From Bacteroidales bacterium UBA755 (GTDB taxonomy: Bacteria > Bacteroidota > Bacteroidia > Bacteroidales > UBA932): a stretch of 64,000 nt of DNA. Positions 40,132 to 49,518 of this stretch are shown here, in pieces. The notes under the pieces are model-generated. The model did no database searches, was not told the DNA's origin, and was given only the letters and a program-made list of their open reading frames with translations. Position 1 is the stretch's first letter, and each line of letters begins with the position of its first letter. Both the position numbers and the translations under genes were made by a program. Location of the stretch: NCBI GenBank assembly GCA_002297815.1, contig DBKH01000101.1, positions 10,454-74,453 of the forward strand, written 5' to 3'.

Positions 40132-41586
40132 ATGAGCCCTTTATCAGTAATAATCACAGTTCTGGCGTACTTCGCTGTGATGTTCACAGTGTCATGGATC
40201 TCCTCGCGTAACGCTGACAATGCGGGATTTTTCAACGGAGGACGCAAAGCCCCGTGGTGGATTGTGGCAATCGCAATGCTCGGAGCACCGATGTCTGGTG
40301 TAACCTACGTCTCCGTACCGGGAATGGTCGGTGTTGGAGGCACAGCGATGGGTTACATGCAAATGGTACTCGGATTCTTCGTTGGCTACATAATCATCGC
40401 CTTCGTCCTCACACCTATATTCTTCAAGATGAACATGGTGTCGATCTACCAATATCTTGATGACCGATTCGGGGTCTCCTCACACAAGACTGGAGCGTGG
40501 TTCTTCTTTATTTCCAAGATTTTAGGTGCAGCTGTCAGGTTATTCCTCGTCTGTGTGACTCTCCAGCTTATGATCTTCGAGCCGCTTGGACTGCCATTCA
40601 TCCTGAATGTACTCATCTCCATGGCGATCGTTCTTCTCTACACATTTAGAGGCGGGGTCAAATCCGTAATTTGGACAGACACTTTGAAGACAGTTTGCAT
40701 GATCGTGTCTATCGTGCTCGCTATCGTCTTCATTGCTAAGGATTTGGGACTAAGCTTCTCAGGCGTGGTACAGACGGTTCGTGAGAGTGCATATTCAAAG
40801 ATGTTCTTCTTCGATGATGTGAATCATCCTGAATATTTCTGGAAACAGTTCCTTGCGGGCGTGTTTACGGTGATTGCCATGACTGGGTTGGATCAGGACA
40901 TGATGCAGCGGACGCTGAGCAGCCGCAACGCGAAGGATTCTCAGAAAAACCTCATTACTAGCGGTTTGTTGCAGATTCCCGTGATATTCCTATTCCTTTG
41001 TTTGGGAGTTCTTTTGTACTTGTTCGCTGGCCAGAAGGGCATCTCCGAGGTTGGCGACACACTGTTCCCAGCTGTGGCGACAGGCGGTTATCTGCCGACC
41101 ATTGTTGGTGTGCTGTTCGTGATCGGCCTCGTGTCATGCGCGTTCGCAGCGGGAGGTTCGGCCTTGACTGCGCTGACCACCTCATTCACAGTGGACATCA
41201 TCGGGACCAAAGGGAAAAGCGAAGAGCAAGTGACCTCCGTCAGGAAAAAAGTGCATCTGCTGATGGCTGTCCTGATGGCAATCGTGATCTTTGTCTTCTA
41301 TCTACTGAACACGAAATCGGCCATTGATGCCGTCTATAAACTTGCAAGCTACACTTATGGGCCGATCTTGGGAATGTTTACATTCGGGATATTCACGAAG
41401 AAGAAGGTCAATGACAAGTGGGTACCGTTAGTGGCCATCATCGCTCCAGTCCTTTGCTTCATCCTCCAAAGCAACTCCGAGAGGTGGTTCGGTGGCTACA
41501 AATTCAGTTACGAGCTGCTTCTGTTCAACGCTTTGTTCACGATTTTGGGACTTTGTCTGTTAATTCGAAGAAAAAAGTCGATTTAA
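40132..41586 (+). CDS. Sodium:solute symporter
   Basis: Multi-TM; GGVKSVIWTD and TGLDQDMMQR. Confidence 0.92.
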   Translation: MSPLSVIITVLAYFAVMFTVSWISSRNADNAGFFNGGRKAPWWIVAIAMLGAPMSGVTYVSVPGMVGVGGTAMGYMQMVLGFFVGYIIIAFVLTPIFFKMNMVSIYQYLDDRFGVSSHKTGAWFFFISKILGAAVRLFLVCVTLQLMIFEPLGLPFILNVLISMAIVLLYTFRGGVKSVIWTDTLKTVCMIVSIVLAIVFIAKDLGLSFSGVVQTVRESAYSKMFFFDDVNHPEYFWKQFLAGVFTVIAMTGLDQDMMQRTLSSRNAKDSQKNLITSGLLQIPVIFLFLCLGVLLYLFAGQKGISEVGDTLFPAVATGGYLPTIVGVLFVIGLVSCAFAAGGSALTALTTSFTVDIIGTKGKSEEQVTSVRKKVHLLMAVLMAIVIFVFYLLNTKSAIDAVYKLASYTYGPILGMFTFGIFTKKKVNDKWVPLVAIIAPVLCFILQSNSERWFGGYKFSYELLLFNALFTILGLCLLIRRKKSI

Positions 41587-41587
41587 T

Positions 41588-41618
41588 TTTGGCAATTCAG
41601 GATAAATACCTATTTTTG
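41588..41618 (+). promoter_or_regulatory. Promoter of the tRNA-Gln/tRNA-Met unit
   Basis: TTTG-N19-TATTTTTG. Confidence 0.75.
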
Positions 41619-41651
41619 CAGTCCCGTTGCGAAGATGCACGGGACATCCAT

Positions 41652-41722
41652 TGAGATATGGTGTAATGGTAGCACTACAGATTCTGGCTCTGTCAGTGAG
41701 GGTTCGAATCCTTCTATCTCAA
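41652..41722 (+). tRNA. tRNA-Gln(CTG)
   Basis: Cloverleaf with anticodon arm acaga-ttCTGgc-tctgt; CCA not encoded. Confidence 0.95.
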
Positions 41723-41765
41723 CTAAAATCCGGCTTTAGCCGGTTTTATGGCTCTTGCCAGGAAT

Positions 41766-41839
41766 GGCGGGGTAGCTCAGCTGGTTAGAGCGTCGGATTC
41801 ATAATCCGGAGGTCGTGGGATCATGCCCCACTCCCGCTA
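41766..41839 (+). tRNA. tRNA with CAT anticodon (probably elongator Met)
   Basis: ggcgggg/tcccgct acceptor, tcgga-ttCATaa-tccgg anticodon arm and an atypical T-loop ATCATGC. Confidence 0.9.
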
Positions 41840-41865
41840 CAAACAAAGAAACTAATTAGACGATA

Positions 41866-42558
41866 ATGGCGAACGCATTTCACTATTCCATCGGAAGGAA
41901 GTTCATTCAGGCAGTCAGCGGAGCATTTCTTATAATCTTCCTGCTGCTTCACATGACTATTAACCTGTTCTCCGTCATTGACTCTTTCACAGGCAACTAC
42001 AACGGACTTGACGGTCTTTTCCAGAAGGGCTGCGATTTCATGGCTCTCCCGATTGTGACCATCATGGTTCCTGTCCTTGCCCTCGGTTTCATCATCCACA
42101 TCTTCTACGGATGCTGGCTTACATGGAAGAACATCAAGGCACGTGGTGGTTACAAGCGCTATGAGGCTGCAAGCGTTGCTGCCGCTGATTCTTGGTCAGC
42201 GAAGAATATGTTCGTGCTTGGTATTGTTATTCTCGGTTTCCTCGCATTCCATCTTACTCACTTCTGGGCAAAGATGCAGCTCGCTATGTTCGTAGGAGCT
42301 GAGGAAGGCAATCCTTACGATCTTCTCAACCTCACTTTCGGACGATGGTGGGTGTTGGTTCTTTACCTTGCCTGGTTCGTGGCTATTTGGTTCCACCTTT
42401 GCCACGGTTTCTGGAGCATGTTCCAGACAGTTGGTTGGAACAACCAGACTTGGTTTAAGAGACTGAAAGTGATCGGCATCGTGGTCGCCACGCTGATCTT
42501 CCTTGGCTTTGCAGTTGTTGGTGTAAACGCATTCCTTCAGGCAAATGCATTGATCTAG
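41866..42558 (+). CDS. sdhC: Succinate dehydrogenase/fumarate reductase cytochrome b subunit
   Basis: SIGRKF..A.SG.FL..FL..H; five TMs with heme His residues; HL.HGFWSMFQT.G. Confidence 0.9.
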   Translation: MANAFHYSIGRKFIQAVSGAFLIIFLLLHMTINLFSVIDSFTGNYNGLDGLFQKGCDFMALPIVTIMVPVLALGFIIHIFYGCWLTWKNIKARGGYKRYEAASVAAADSWSAKNMFVLGIVILGFLAFHLTHFWAKMQLAMFVGAEEGNPYDLLNLTFGRWWVLVLYLAWFVAIWFHLCHGFWSMFQTVGWNNQTWFKRLKVIGIVVATLIFLGFAVVGVNAFLQANALI

Positions 42559-42580
42559 TCAAGGACCTTAATGAAATTTC

Positions 42581-42609
42581 AAGGGCGACCGATTACGGTT
42601 GCCCTTTTT
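42581..42609 (+). terminator. Intrinsic terminator after sdhC
   Basis: aagggcgaccg-atta-cggttgcccttttt. Confidence 0.85.
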
Positions 42610-42624
42610 GTTATGCTTCCAGCC

Positions 42625-42644
42625 GGTCGCTGAGCATGTCGAAG
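42625..42644. repeat. Family C REP-like unit (reverse orientation)
   Basis: ggtcgctgagcatgtcgaag. Confidence 0.8.
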
Positions 42645-42698
42645 CGATTGAGTCTGACAAAATTGATTTACTAATAAACATAAAAAACGAACAACAAA

Positions 42699-44063
42699 AT
42701 GAGACAGAAAAAGTTCTTGCTCCCAGAGAGCGACATCCCGACAGCATGGTTCAACATGCAGGCTGTTATGCCGAACAAACCTTTGCCAATCCTTAATCCG
42801 GCCACACACGAAGCCTTGAAATCGGAAGACCTCTATCCTATCTTCTGCAAGGCATGTGCAGATCAGGAGCTCAACACAACTGATGAGTGGATACCGATCC
42901 CGGAACCAGTTCGCGAGCAGTATGCTGGCTACAGATGCACACCACTTGTGAGAGCTTACGATCTTGAAGAAGCTCTCGGAACTCCGGCTCACATCTATTT
43001 CAAGAACGAGAGTGTGTCCCCGGCAGGATCGCACAAATTGAACTCGGCTTTGGCTCAGGCCTACTACGCCAAAGAACAGGGAATCACCAACATCACCACC
43101 GAGACTGGAGCCGGTCAGTGGGGTGGAGCACTCTCCTATGCCGCTAAGAAGTTCGGCATTGACTGCGCTGTCTATATGGTCAAGGTTAGCTACCGTCAAA
43201 AACCGTACAGAAGGTCAATCATGCAGACTTTCGGTGCTGCAATCACACCTTCTCCGTCCATGTCAACCAGAGCGGGTAAGGACATAATCACCGCTAACCC
43301 TAACGATCAAGGCTCACTAGGATGCGCGATTTCCGAAGCTATCGAGCTTGCAGTCACCACTCCTAATTGCAAGTACACACTCGGCTCAGTACTGAACCAT
43401 GTCTGCCTGCATCAAACAGTTATCGGTCTGGAGGCTGAGAAGCAGATGGAGATGGCCGGAGAGTATCCTGACATCGTGGTGGCCTGCTTCGGTGGCGGAT
43501 CGAACTTCAGCGGAATCGCCTACCCATTCATGAGGCATACTATTCAAGAAGGGAAAAAGACTCGCTTCATTGCAGCGGAACCATATTCATGTCCTAAGCT
43601 CACAAGGGGTAAATTTGAATATGACTTCGGCGACGAGGCCGGTATGACTCCGCTTCTGCCGATGTACACCCTCGGTCATGATTTCAAACCAGCGACCATC
43701 CATGCCGGAGGACTCCGCTACCACGGAGCTGGTGTGATAATGTCACAACTGATGAAGGACGGCTATATGGAAGCTGTGGACATCGAACAGACCGATGCGT
43801 TCAAGGCCGGAGTACTCTTCGCCCAAACTGAGGGAATCATCCCGGCACCAGAATCCTGCCATGCGATTGCCGCGACCGTCAATGAGGCGCTCAAGTGCAA
43901 AGAGACTGGTGAAGAGAAGACAATCCTGTTCAACCTTTCCGGACACGGTTTCGTGGACATGAGTGCCTACGATCAGTACCTCTCCGGTGAGATGCAGAAC
44001 TATCACGTCTCAGATGCGGATCTCGCCAAGTACATCAAATCTGCTGACGCGCTGAACAAGTGA
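42699..44063 (+). CDS. trpB2: TrpB-like PLP enzyme (TrpB2)
   Basis: SPAGSHKLN, TETGAGQWG, GGGSN, HAGGLRYHG and NLSGHG; no trpA adjacent. Confidence 0.93.
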   Translation: MRQKKFLLPESDIPTAWFNMQAVMPNKPLPILNPATHEALKSEDLYPIFCKACADQELNTTDEWIPIPEPVREQYAGYRCTPLVRAYDLEEALGTPAHIYFKNESVSPAGSHKLNSALAQAYYAKEQGITNITTETGAGQWGGALSYAAKKFGIDCAVYMVKVSYRQKPYRRSIMQTFGAAITPSPSMSTRAGKDIITANPNDQGSLGCAISEAIELAVTTPNCKYTLGSVLNHVCLHQTVIGLEAEKQMEMAGEYPDIVVACFGGGSNFSGIAYPFMRHTIQEGKKTRFIAAEPYSCPKLTRGKFEYDFGDEAGMTPLLPMYTLGHDFKPATIHAGGLRYHGAGVIMSQLMKDGYMEAVDIEQTDAFKAGVLFAQTEGIIPAPESCHAIAATVNEALKCKETGEEKTILFNLSGHGFVDMSAYDQYLSGEMQNYHVSDADLAKYIKSADALNK

Positions 44064-44121
44064 TCACAAAAGCGCGGGCAACCTTGGGGCCCGTGGCGGA
44101 TAACTCACTGAATTTCAAGTA

Positions 44122-44169
44122 AAAGAGCGATGTTCTATAGTCCAAAGTGACTATAGAACATTGCTCTTT
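44122..44169. repeat. 21-bp-arm palindrome at the edge of the accessory block
   Basis: aaagagcgatgttctatagtc-caaagt-gactatagaacattgctcttt. Confidence 0.7.
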
Positions 44170-44402
44170 AACTTTATAATCAATCACTTACTCAACATAG
44201 CAAATAATTGGATCTACCAAATTAGGCAACCAACTACCGAGAAAACACGAAAACAACACTCGTTCTAAAATTTGGATTCTTACAAATTTATGCCTACATT
44301 GCGCACTGGTAAAAATATTTTATAAAAAACATCCTCAATAATAGAAAACCTTTACATAAACACGCATATAACTAATAACCTAATTTTAAATAAATCTCAA
44401 TT

Positions 44403-45866
44403 ATGAACAACATTATCAAACTTTTCATTGCATTGGCGTGCGTCTGTGTGGTCTCCTGCGCCAAGGACAGTTTTGAATTAGCCCAAAGCGGACCGGAAGA
44501 TGGGAGCTCCGTCTTGGACGATGAGAATCAAGTAGCTACAAAAAACGCAATAACAGATGTTACCTCCACAGTAAAAAGTCGGAAGGTCTTGGCAAGCGAT
44601 GTGCCTACCATTATTAAGAACCAACTTGGCATAAATGAGGCACGGAGCAGCTCGCACTATTCGCTCAACACCATCCAGAAAAACGGGAATCCGATGCTAC
44701 ATATTGTCAACTACGATGAGGGAGGCTGGGCGATCATCGCTGGAAACGAAAGGGAGGAGAATCAGATTCTTGCCATGAGCGATGTCGGACATTTCGATCC
44801 CGACAACATCACAAATTCCAATGTGGCGTTCTGGTTCGCGATGCAGCTCGAACAGATGGAGGCAGTCGAATTTGAGGATGACCTAGTGGCTAATATGAAC
44901 GGCAACAGTGATGTGTCCGTAAATTCAATCCCACCATTCGATGATGAATATGTTTGGGTAAGGCTTCCCTTGGAACCGATAGTGACGACAACCATTGAAG
45001 AAGTAGGACCTCTATTGACAACTAAATGGGGACAAGGGTATCCTTGGAATTATAATTGCCCGTACTTCCCGGAGAGTGGTAAAAGAGCCCCTACGGGCTG
45101 CGTGGCCGTTGCCGTGGCGCAATTACTGTACTATTATCATTTCCTCTTGGGTATTCCTAGCGGCCTCTACCATAGCATCGTTCCAAGCTATACTAAACAC
45201 GGTAATTATTACACATCCAGTGTTACAAGATCTGATTACCAAGCCAATTCAAGCAGATGGGAAGAAATGGCAAAGACATATCGCTCACGATGCTTATCTA
45301 CTGATTATGTCGGAGACTTTATGATTGACATCGGAGAAAGAGTGGACATGACATATGAAGAAGATGGTAGCAGTGCCACTGATCAAAAAGCTAAAGATGC
45401 CTTCTTCGCTTATGGGCTTTATTGTAGTCTAGAAGACTACAGCCCATCAAAAGTGATATCTTCATTAAATAAACGTAAACCTGTATATATTGGAGCTAAA
45501 TATAATACAAGAAAAGCAGGACATTCATGGGTAATAGATGGCTACAAATGTTACAGTAAGAAAACAGACACACCTTATAAATGGGTAACCATGCCACCTG
45601 ATTCTCTACAATTCTATGATAACTTGAATTATGATTATGTCTTGAACCTAATGGATAAGGAAAGATTTTATCCTGATGTATATGAGGGACAAATTGACCA
45701 TTACTATAATTATCACGATACTTACTACCTAAAAATGAACTGGGGAGGCAACGGTGCATATGATGATGGCTCCGATTACACTACGAATCCAGATTCTTGG
45801 GTTGCGGGAGCATATACATTTAATTCGAAAGCTAAAATCATTCATGATTTCAAGCCAAAAGACTAA
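44403..45866 (+). CDS. C10 family cysteine protease lipoprotein (streptopain-like)
   Basis: Lipobox VSC, I69-like propeptide, TKWGQG.P.N, TGCVAVAVAQ, GHSWVIDG and MNWG. Confidence 0.92.
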   Translation: MNNIIKLFIALACVCVVSCAKDSFELAQSGPEDGSSVLDDENQVATKNAITDVTSTVKSRKVLASDVPTIIKNQLGINEARSSSHYSLNTIQKNGNPMLHIVNYDEGGWAIIAGNEREENQILAMSDVGHFDPDNITNSNVAFWFAMQLEQMEAVEFEDDLVANMNGNSDVSVNSIPPFDDEYVWVRLPLEPIVTTTIEEVGPLLTTKWGQGYPWNYNCPYFPESGKRAPTGCVAVAVAQLLYYYHFLLGIPSGLYHSIVPSYTKHGNYYTSSVTRSDYQANSSRWEEMAKTYRSRCLSTDYVGDFMIDIGERVDMTYEEDGSSATDQKAKDAFFAYGLYCSLEDYSPSKVISSLNKRKPVYIGAKYNTRKAGHSWVIDGYKCYSKKTDTPYKWVTMPPDSLQFYDNLNYDYVLNLMDKERFYPDVYEGQIDHYYNYHDTYYLKMNWGGNGAYDDGSDYTTNPDSWVAGAYTFNSKAKIIHDFKPKD

Positions 45867-45877
45867 CACTCTACAAG

Positions 45878-47158
45878 ATGAAAAACAAACTAAATCTTAT
45901 ACTACTAATATTGCTGGGGTTTCTTCCCTCCTGCATCGAGTACGTCAACATGGACAGCGGGAAGGAGATGCCGGTAGTGGTGAACTGTGTGTTGACTAGG
46001 GGCACGGTACAGACGCTTCGGCTTTACCGGATGAGGGTACTCTCGGAGACCGGGAACGTTCCGGTCGAGGATGCGACGGTTTTTCTGCAGGGGAAGAACA
46101 ATAACGGAGACTTTCAGAACGTAGCGGAATTTCATCGGACTGAAGGGATAAACTGGGAGGCCAAGTTCCAACCGGAGTACGACACCGACTATAGTCTGCT
46201 TATCAAGGTTCCTGGGAAAGAGGACATCACTGCCACGACTCGATTTCCGGAGGATCTTCGGCTTATACAATGCTGTAGGTTCGCCACCTTTGTAGCGGAC
46301 ACAGGAATGATTGGAAGTTTTCCTCGAGGGTACGGCATGCACACGGCAGAGGTTCGAAAAGGCAAATACTACACAGAATGGAACGGACGCAGAAAAGAAA
46401 ATGGGGAGGCTTTCAAGGCCTACATTCAAGTGTCTGAAAACCCGTGCAAGATTTGGGTATTCTCCCACGTGGACACAACATCCGTAAGTCCCGGAAGGAA
46501 TAAGCTGAATCTTTTTAATGAGGAACAATTTCAATTCTCAGGCTCTGACCAGCCATTTTCAAAATACATTGCGACCAACCATCCCGGAGCCGACCGGTTC
46601 AACATAACACCTGGCAGGCTTGCCGATCTGAACTACTGGAACAGACCAGACAAGATATACGATCAAAACATCAGTCAATGGTGTCTTTACCTATGTCCAG
46701 ATGTTCCTCTCTTTGACGGATTTGTGAGGATTGACCACCCAGAAAACTTCAGAAACGGGTTAACCGAAGATAATCTCAAGAACAGCTACTATTATTCCGA
46801 CAGAAGTTTTTTCATCGGAGGTGACTATTCAGATCAACACCATGCCTACGTCATAGATGATTATCCTTTTCTGCCCCTCATCATAGACAATCGGTCATTC
46901 CTAAATGAGGTTCATTTCGTCTCAGACGAATATGACACCTACCTTCGCGAGATGTATGTCAAACTTCAAAACAGAAATGATTTCGTCTTGTCGTCCTATG
47001 ACTATAATAACGTCTATTCAAACATAAACGGCGGAGTCGGAATATTCGGAGCTGACAACATCACGTGGGATATGGAGGAAACTGTGGGCAGAATCTCACG
47101 CAAAGGGTACCTTATCTGGGAAGAGCTTTGCCCCAATGCACCAAGTGAAACCGACTAA
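45878..47158 (+). CDS. DUF4249-like lipoprotein
   Basis: Lipobox PSC, PVVVNCVL, EDATV and C-terminal YSNINGGVGIFGA. Confidence 0.75.
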   Translation: MKNKLNLILLILLGFLPSCIEYVNMDSGKEMPVVVNCVLTRGTVQTLRLYRMRVLSETGNVPVEDATVFLQGKNNNGDFQNVAEFHRTEGINWEAKFQPEYDTDYSLLIKVPGKEDITATTRFPEDLRLIQCCRFATFVADTGMIGSFPRGYGMHTAEVRKGKYYTEWNGRRKENGEAFKAYIQVSENPCKIWVFSHVDTTSVSPGRNKLNLFNEEQFQFSGSDQPFSKYIATNHPGADRFNITPGRLADLNYWNRPDKIYDQNISQWCLYLCPDVPLFDGFVRIDHPENFRNGLTEDNLKNSYYYSDRSFFIGGDYSDQHHAYVIDDYPFLPLIIDNRSFLNEVHFVSDEYDTYLREMYVKLQNRNDFVLSSYDYNNVYSNINGGVGIFGADNITWDMEETVGRISRKGYLIWEELCPNAPSETD

Positions 47159-47177
47159 TCAATAGGACATAAGCATT

Positions 47178-49268
47178 ATGCCACACAAAATACTCACAAT
47201 CATAGTTGTCGGCCTTGCCACATGCTTTCAAGGGCACGCCCAGCAAGAGAAGATCGACACACTCAACGCTGCTAGCATCTCGGCTGACAAAAAAGTTGTC
47301 AGGACTGGAGAACGCATCGTTAGGCCTGCCGAGTTTCTAGGCATCACTAGCGCGGTCGGAACTGGAGATGTGATCAAATATATTCAGACACTGCCGGGAA
47401 TCTCGACTGGGGCGGAAGGTTCGTCTGCGATCTACGTCCGAGGGGGCAACCTCGGCAGCAACCTCATCACATTGGACGGGGTGCCGATCTACGGAAGCAG
47501 TCACCTGCTGGGATTCACATCGGCATATTCACCGGACATCGTGTCAGAGACTTTGTTCCAAGTCGGGGGATTCACCTCCGAGGAAGGCAACCTGACTGCA
47601 TCGCACATCAGCGTCAAAAGCAAGGACGGGAACTTCGATAAGTTCTCCGGCAAGGTGTCCGTCAGCAATTTTCTTCTGGGAGGAAGCGTATCGACCCCAT
47701 TGATAAAGGATAGACTGTCATTCATTGGCTCGCTCAGAATCAGCCCGATAGGAGCTGAGCTTTCAGCCATGAAGGGAATGACAGAAGCCCTAGACAGCGT
47801 CAGCGGAATCAAGGCGACATCCTACGATGCCTACGGTAAGCTGAAATGGAAAATCAACCGCAGACAAAGCCTCTCGTTCAGTGTCTTCAATAGCCTTGAC
47901 TCTTACGGCTACAGGTACGGCACCGACTCCGATGAAAGGATGAGATGGGGCAACTTGATCTCTACACTCGGCCACGAGTATTCCCCTGACGGCAATCTTT
48001 TCCTTCGCAGCAGCCTATCATACAACAGTTTCACCAACTACCAGGCGATGCGTAAGACCTTGGGAGGAGAGGACAACAGCCTTGGAATGCGCAGCTCGTT
48101 GGAAGAGCTAACCCTTCAGTCAACCGTAAGCAATACCTCTCGAACCGGAACCTCGCTACAAGGTGGAATCAAGGCGAGACTGGCCCGTTTCGCTCCTGGA
48201 TCTTCCAGCGCCTACACGGATGAACTCATGAAACCTGTCAGCTCCGCAAGCGAATCAGACATCGTCCGGACACTTCTAGTTACCGCCCATGGACAGATCG
48301 AAAAAGGGAAAGAGAACCACTATCTGATGAGATTGGCCGGAAGGATTAACATGTTCCGCTCATGGAGGCTCCATGACCACAGCAGCGACAAAACCTATTT
48401 CACACCGGAAGCTAGCCTGCTCGGCAGGGTAAACCTCTCCCAATGGATGGGAATCGAAGCGACTGCTGACTGGACAGCCCAGCATTATCACACGCTTGAG
48501 GGCATTCCGCTCGGCTGGTCACTAGACATGACCGTACCTTCGGACATCGACCTCGCTCCGGAAATGGCACTGCAAGGCTACGCGGGAATATTCATGACTA
48601 AAGGGGACCACCGTCTCACGCTCGGTGGCTACTATAAGGCCATGTCGGACCTCATCTTCTTTGCTGACGCGACCCAAATCTTCAGCTCAGCGGCTGCAGG
48701 ATGGAGGCACGGCATCAAGACCGGCAGCGGTCTTTCAAGAGGCCTCGAAGCCCTTTATGAATATGATTCCGAGCGTTTCCATGGGCGCCTCGCCTACACC
48801 CTCTCCAAGACGGACAGGACCTTTGAGGAAGTCAACAACGGTGTCACGTTCCCGGCCAAGTTCGACAGAAGGCACATCCTCAACGCAACCGCTGAATATG
48901 CCATCTCGAAACAAGAGCACCGCGAGTTCGGAGTGAACACTTTCTTCACCTACCAGTCCGGACACTGGGCCACGGTACCTGAAGGGCAATATTCAGGAAG
49001 CCTGATCCATGGAGGAGATGACATCACAATCGACTATTTCACCACAATCCATAACCGCCAGATGCCAGCTTTCATCCGCTGGGACATCGGAGCGTTCTTT
49101 CGTTACGGAATCGGTACTAAACACCCTGGCACTCTGAATCTTGGCATCTACAACGTCCTCAACCGTCACAATGCCTACAGCATCACCTACGACACCAACG
49201 AGCGTGTATGGAAGCAAATGAGTCTATTCCCGATCATGCCAAGCATCAGCTGGACGATGTCCTTCTAA
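47178..49268 (+). CDS. TonB-dependent receptor
   Basis: Plug DVIKYIQTLPGI..YVRGG..N.ITLDGVPIY; YNVLNR; terminal Phe. Confidence 0.9.
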   Translation: MPHKILTIIVVGLATCFQGHAQQEKIDTLNAASISADKKVVRTGERIVRPAEFLGITSAVGTGDVIKYIQTLPGISTGAEGSSAIYVRGGNLGSNLITLDGVPIYGSSHLLGFTSAYSPDIVSETLFQVGGFTSEEGNLTASHISVKSKDGNFDKFSGKVSVSNFLLGGSVSTPLIKDRLSFIGSLRISPIGAELSAMKGMTEALDSVSGIKATSYDAYGKLKWKINRRQSLSFSVFNSLDSYGYRYGTDSDERMRWGNLISTLGHEYSPDGNLFLRSSLSYNSFTNYQAMRKTLGGEDNSLGMRSSLEELTLQSTVSNTSRTGTSLQGGIKARLARFAPGSSSAYTDELMKPVSSASESDIVRTLLVTAHGQIEKGKENHYLMRLAGRINMFRSWRLHDHSSDKTYFTPEASLLGRVNLSQWMGIEATADWTAQHYHTLEGIPLGWSLDMTVPSDIDLAPEMALQGYAGIFMTKGDHRLTLGGYYKAMSDLIFFADATQIFSSAAAGWRHGIKTGSGLSRGLEALYEYDSERFHGRLAYTLSKTDRTFEEVNNGVTFPAKFDRRHILNATAEYAISKQEHREFGVNTFFTYQSGHWATVPEGQYSGSLIHGGDDITIDYFTTIHNRQMPAFIRWDIGAFFRYGIGTKHPGTLNLGIYNVLNRHNAYSITYDTNERVWKQMSLFPIMPSISWTMSF

Positions 49269-49334
49269 AAACGGACAGTTTCGAAAAGACTGTGACATAG
49301 TTAAACTTTACATCGCTCACAGTAGTCTATTTCC

Positions 49335-49404
49335 AAGCCCCGAAGGGCCTCTGTTCTGAATTTTGGTAACGTGCAAAATTCAGGTTAGAGGCCCTTCGGG
49401 GCTT
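49335..49404. repeat. Family B 70-bp palindrome, left of the res-mod pair
   Basis: aagccccgaagggcctct-gttc-tgaattttg-gtaacgtg-caaaattca-ggtt-agaggcccttcggggctt. Confidence 0.9.
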
Positions 49405-49518
49405 TGCCTAAGCAGATAAATAACTTAAGCACCACGGAATAAATTCGATAAAAACCCCTCGTAAAATTTCCAACTGAAACGTGCATTCGTTATCTTTGTA
49501 AACAGATGAGAAACGACT

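Noticed and set aside
49335..49404. Integron attC site
   Set aside because: No paired RYYYAAC/GTTRRRY boxes and no integrase or cassette array.
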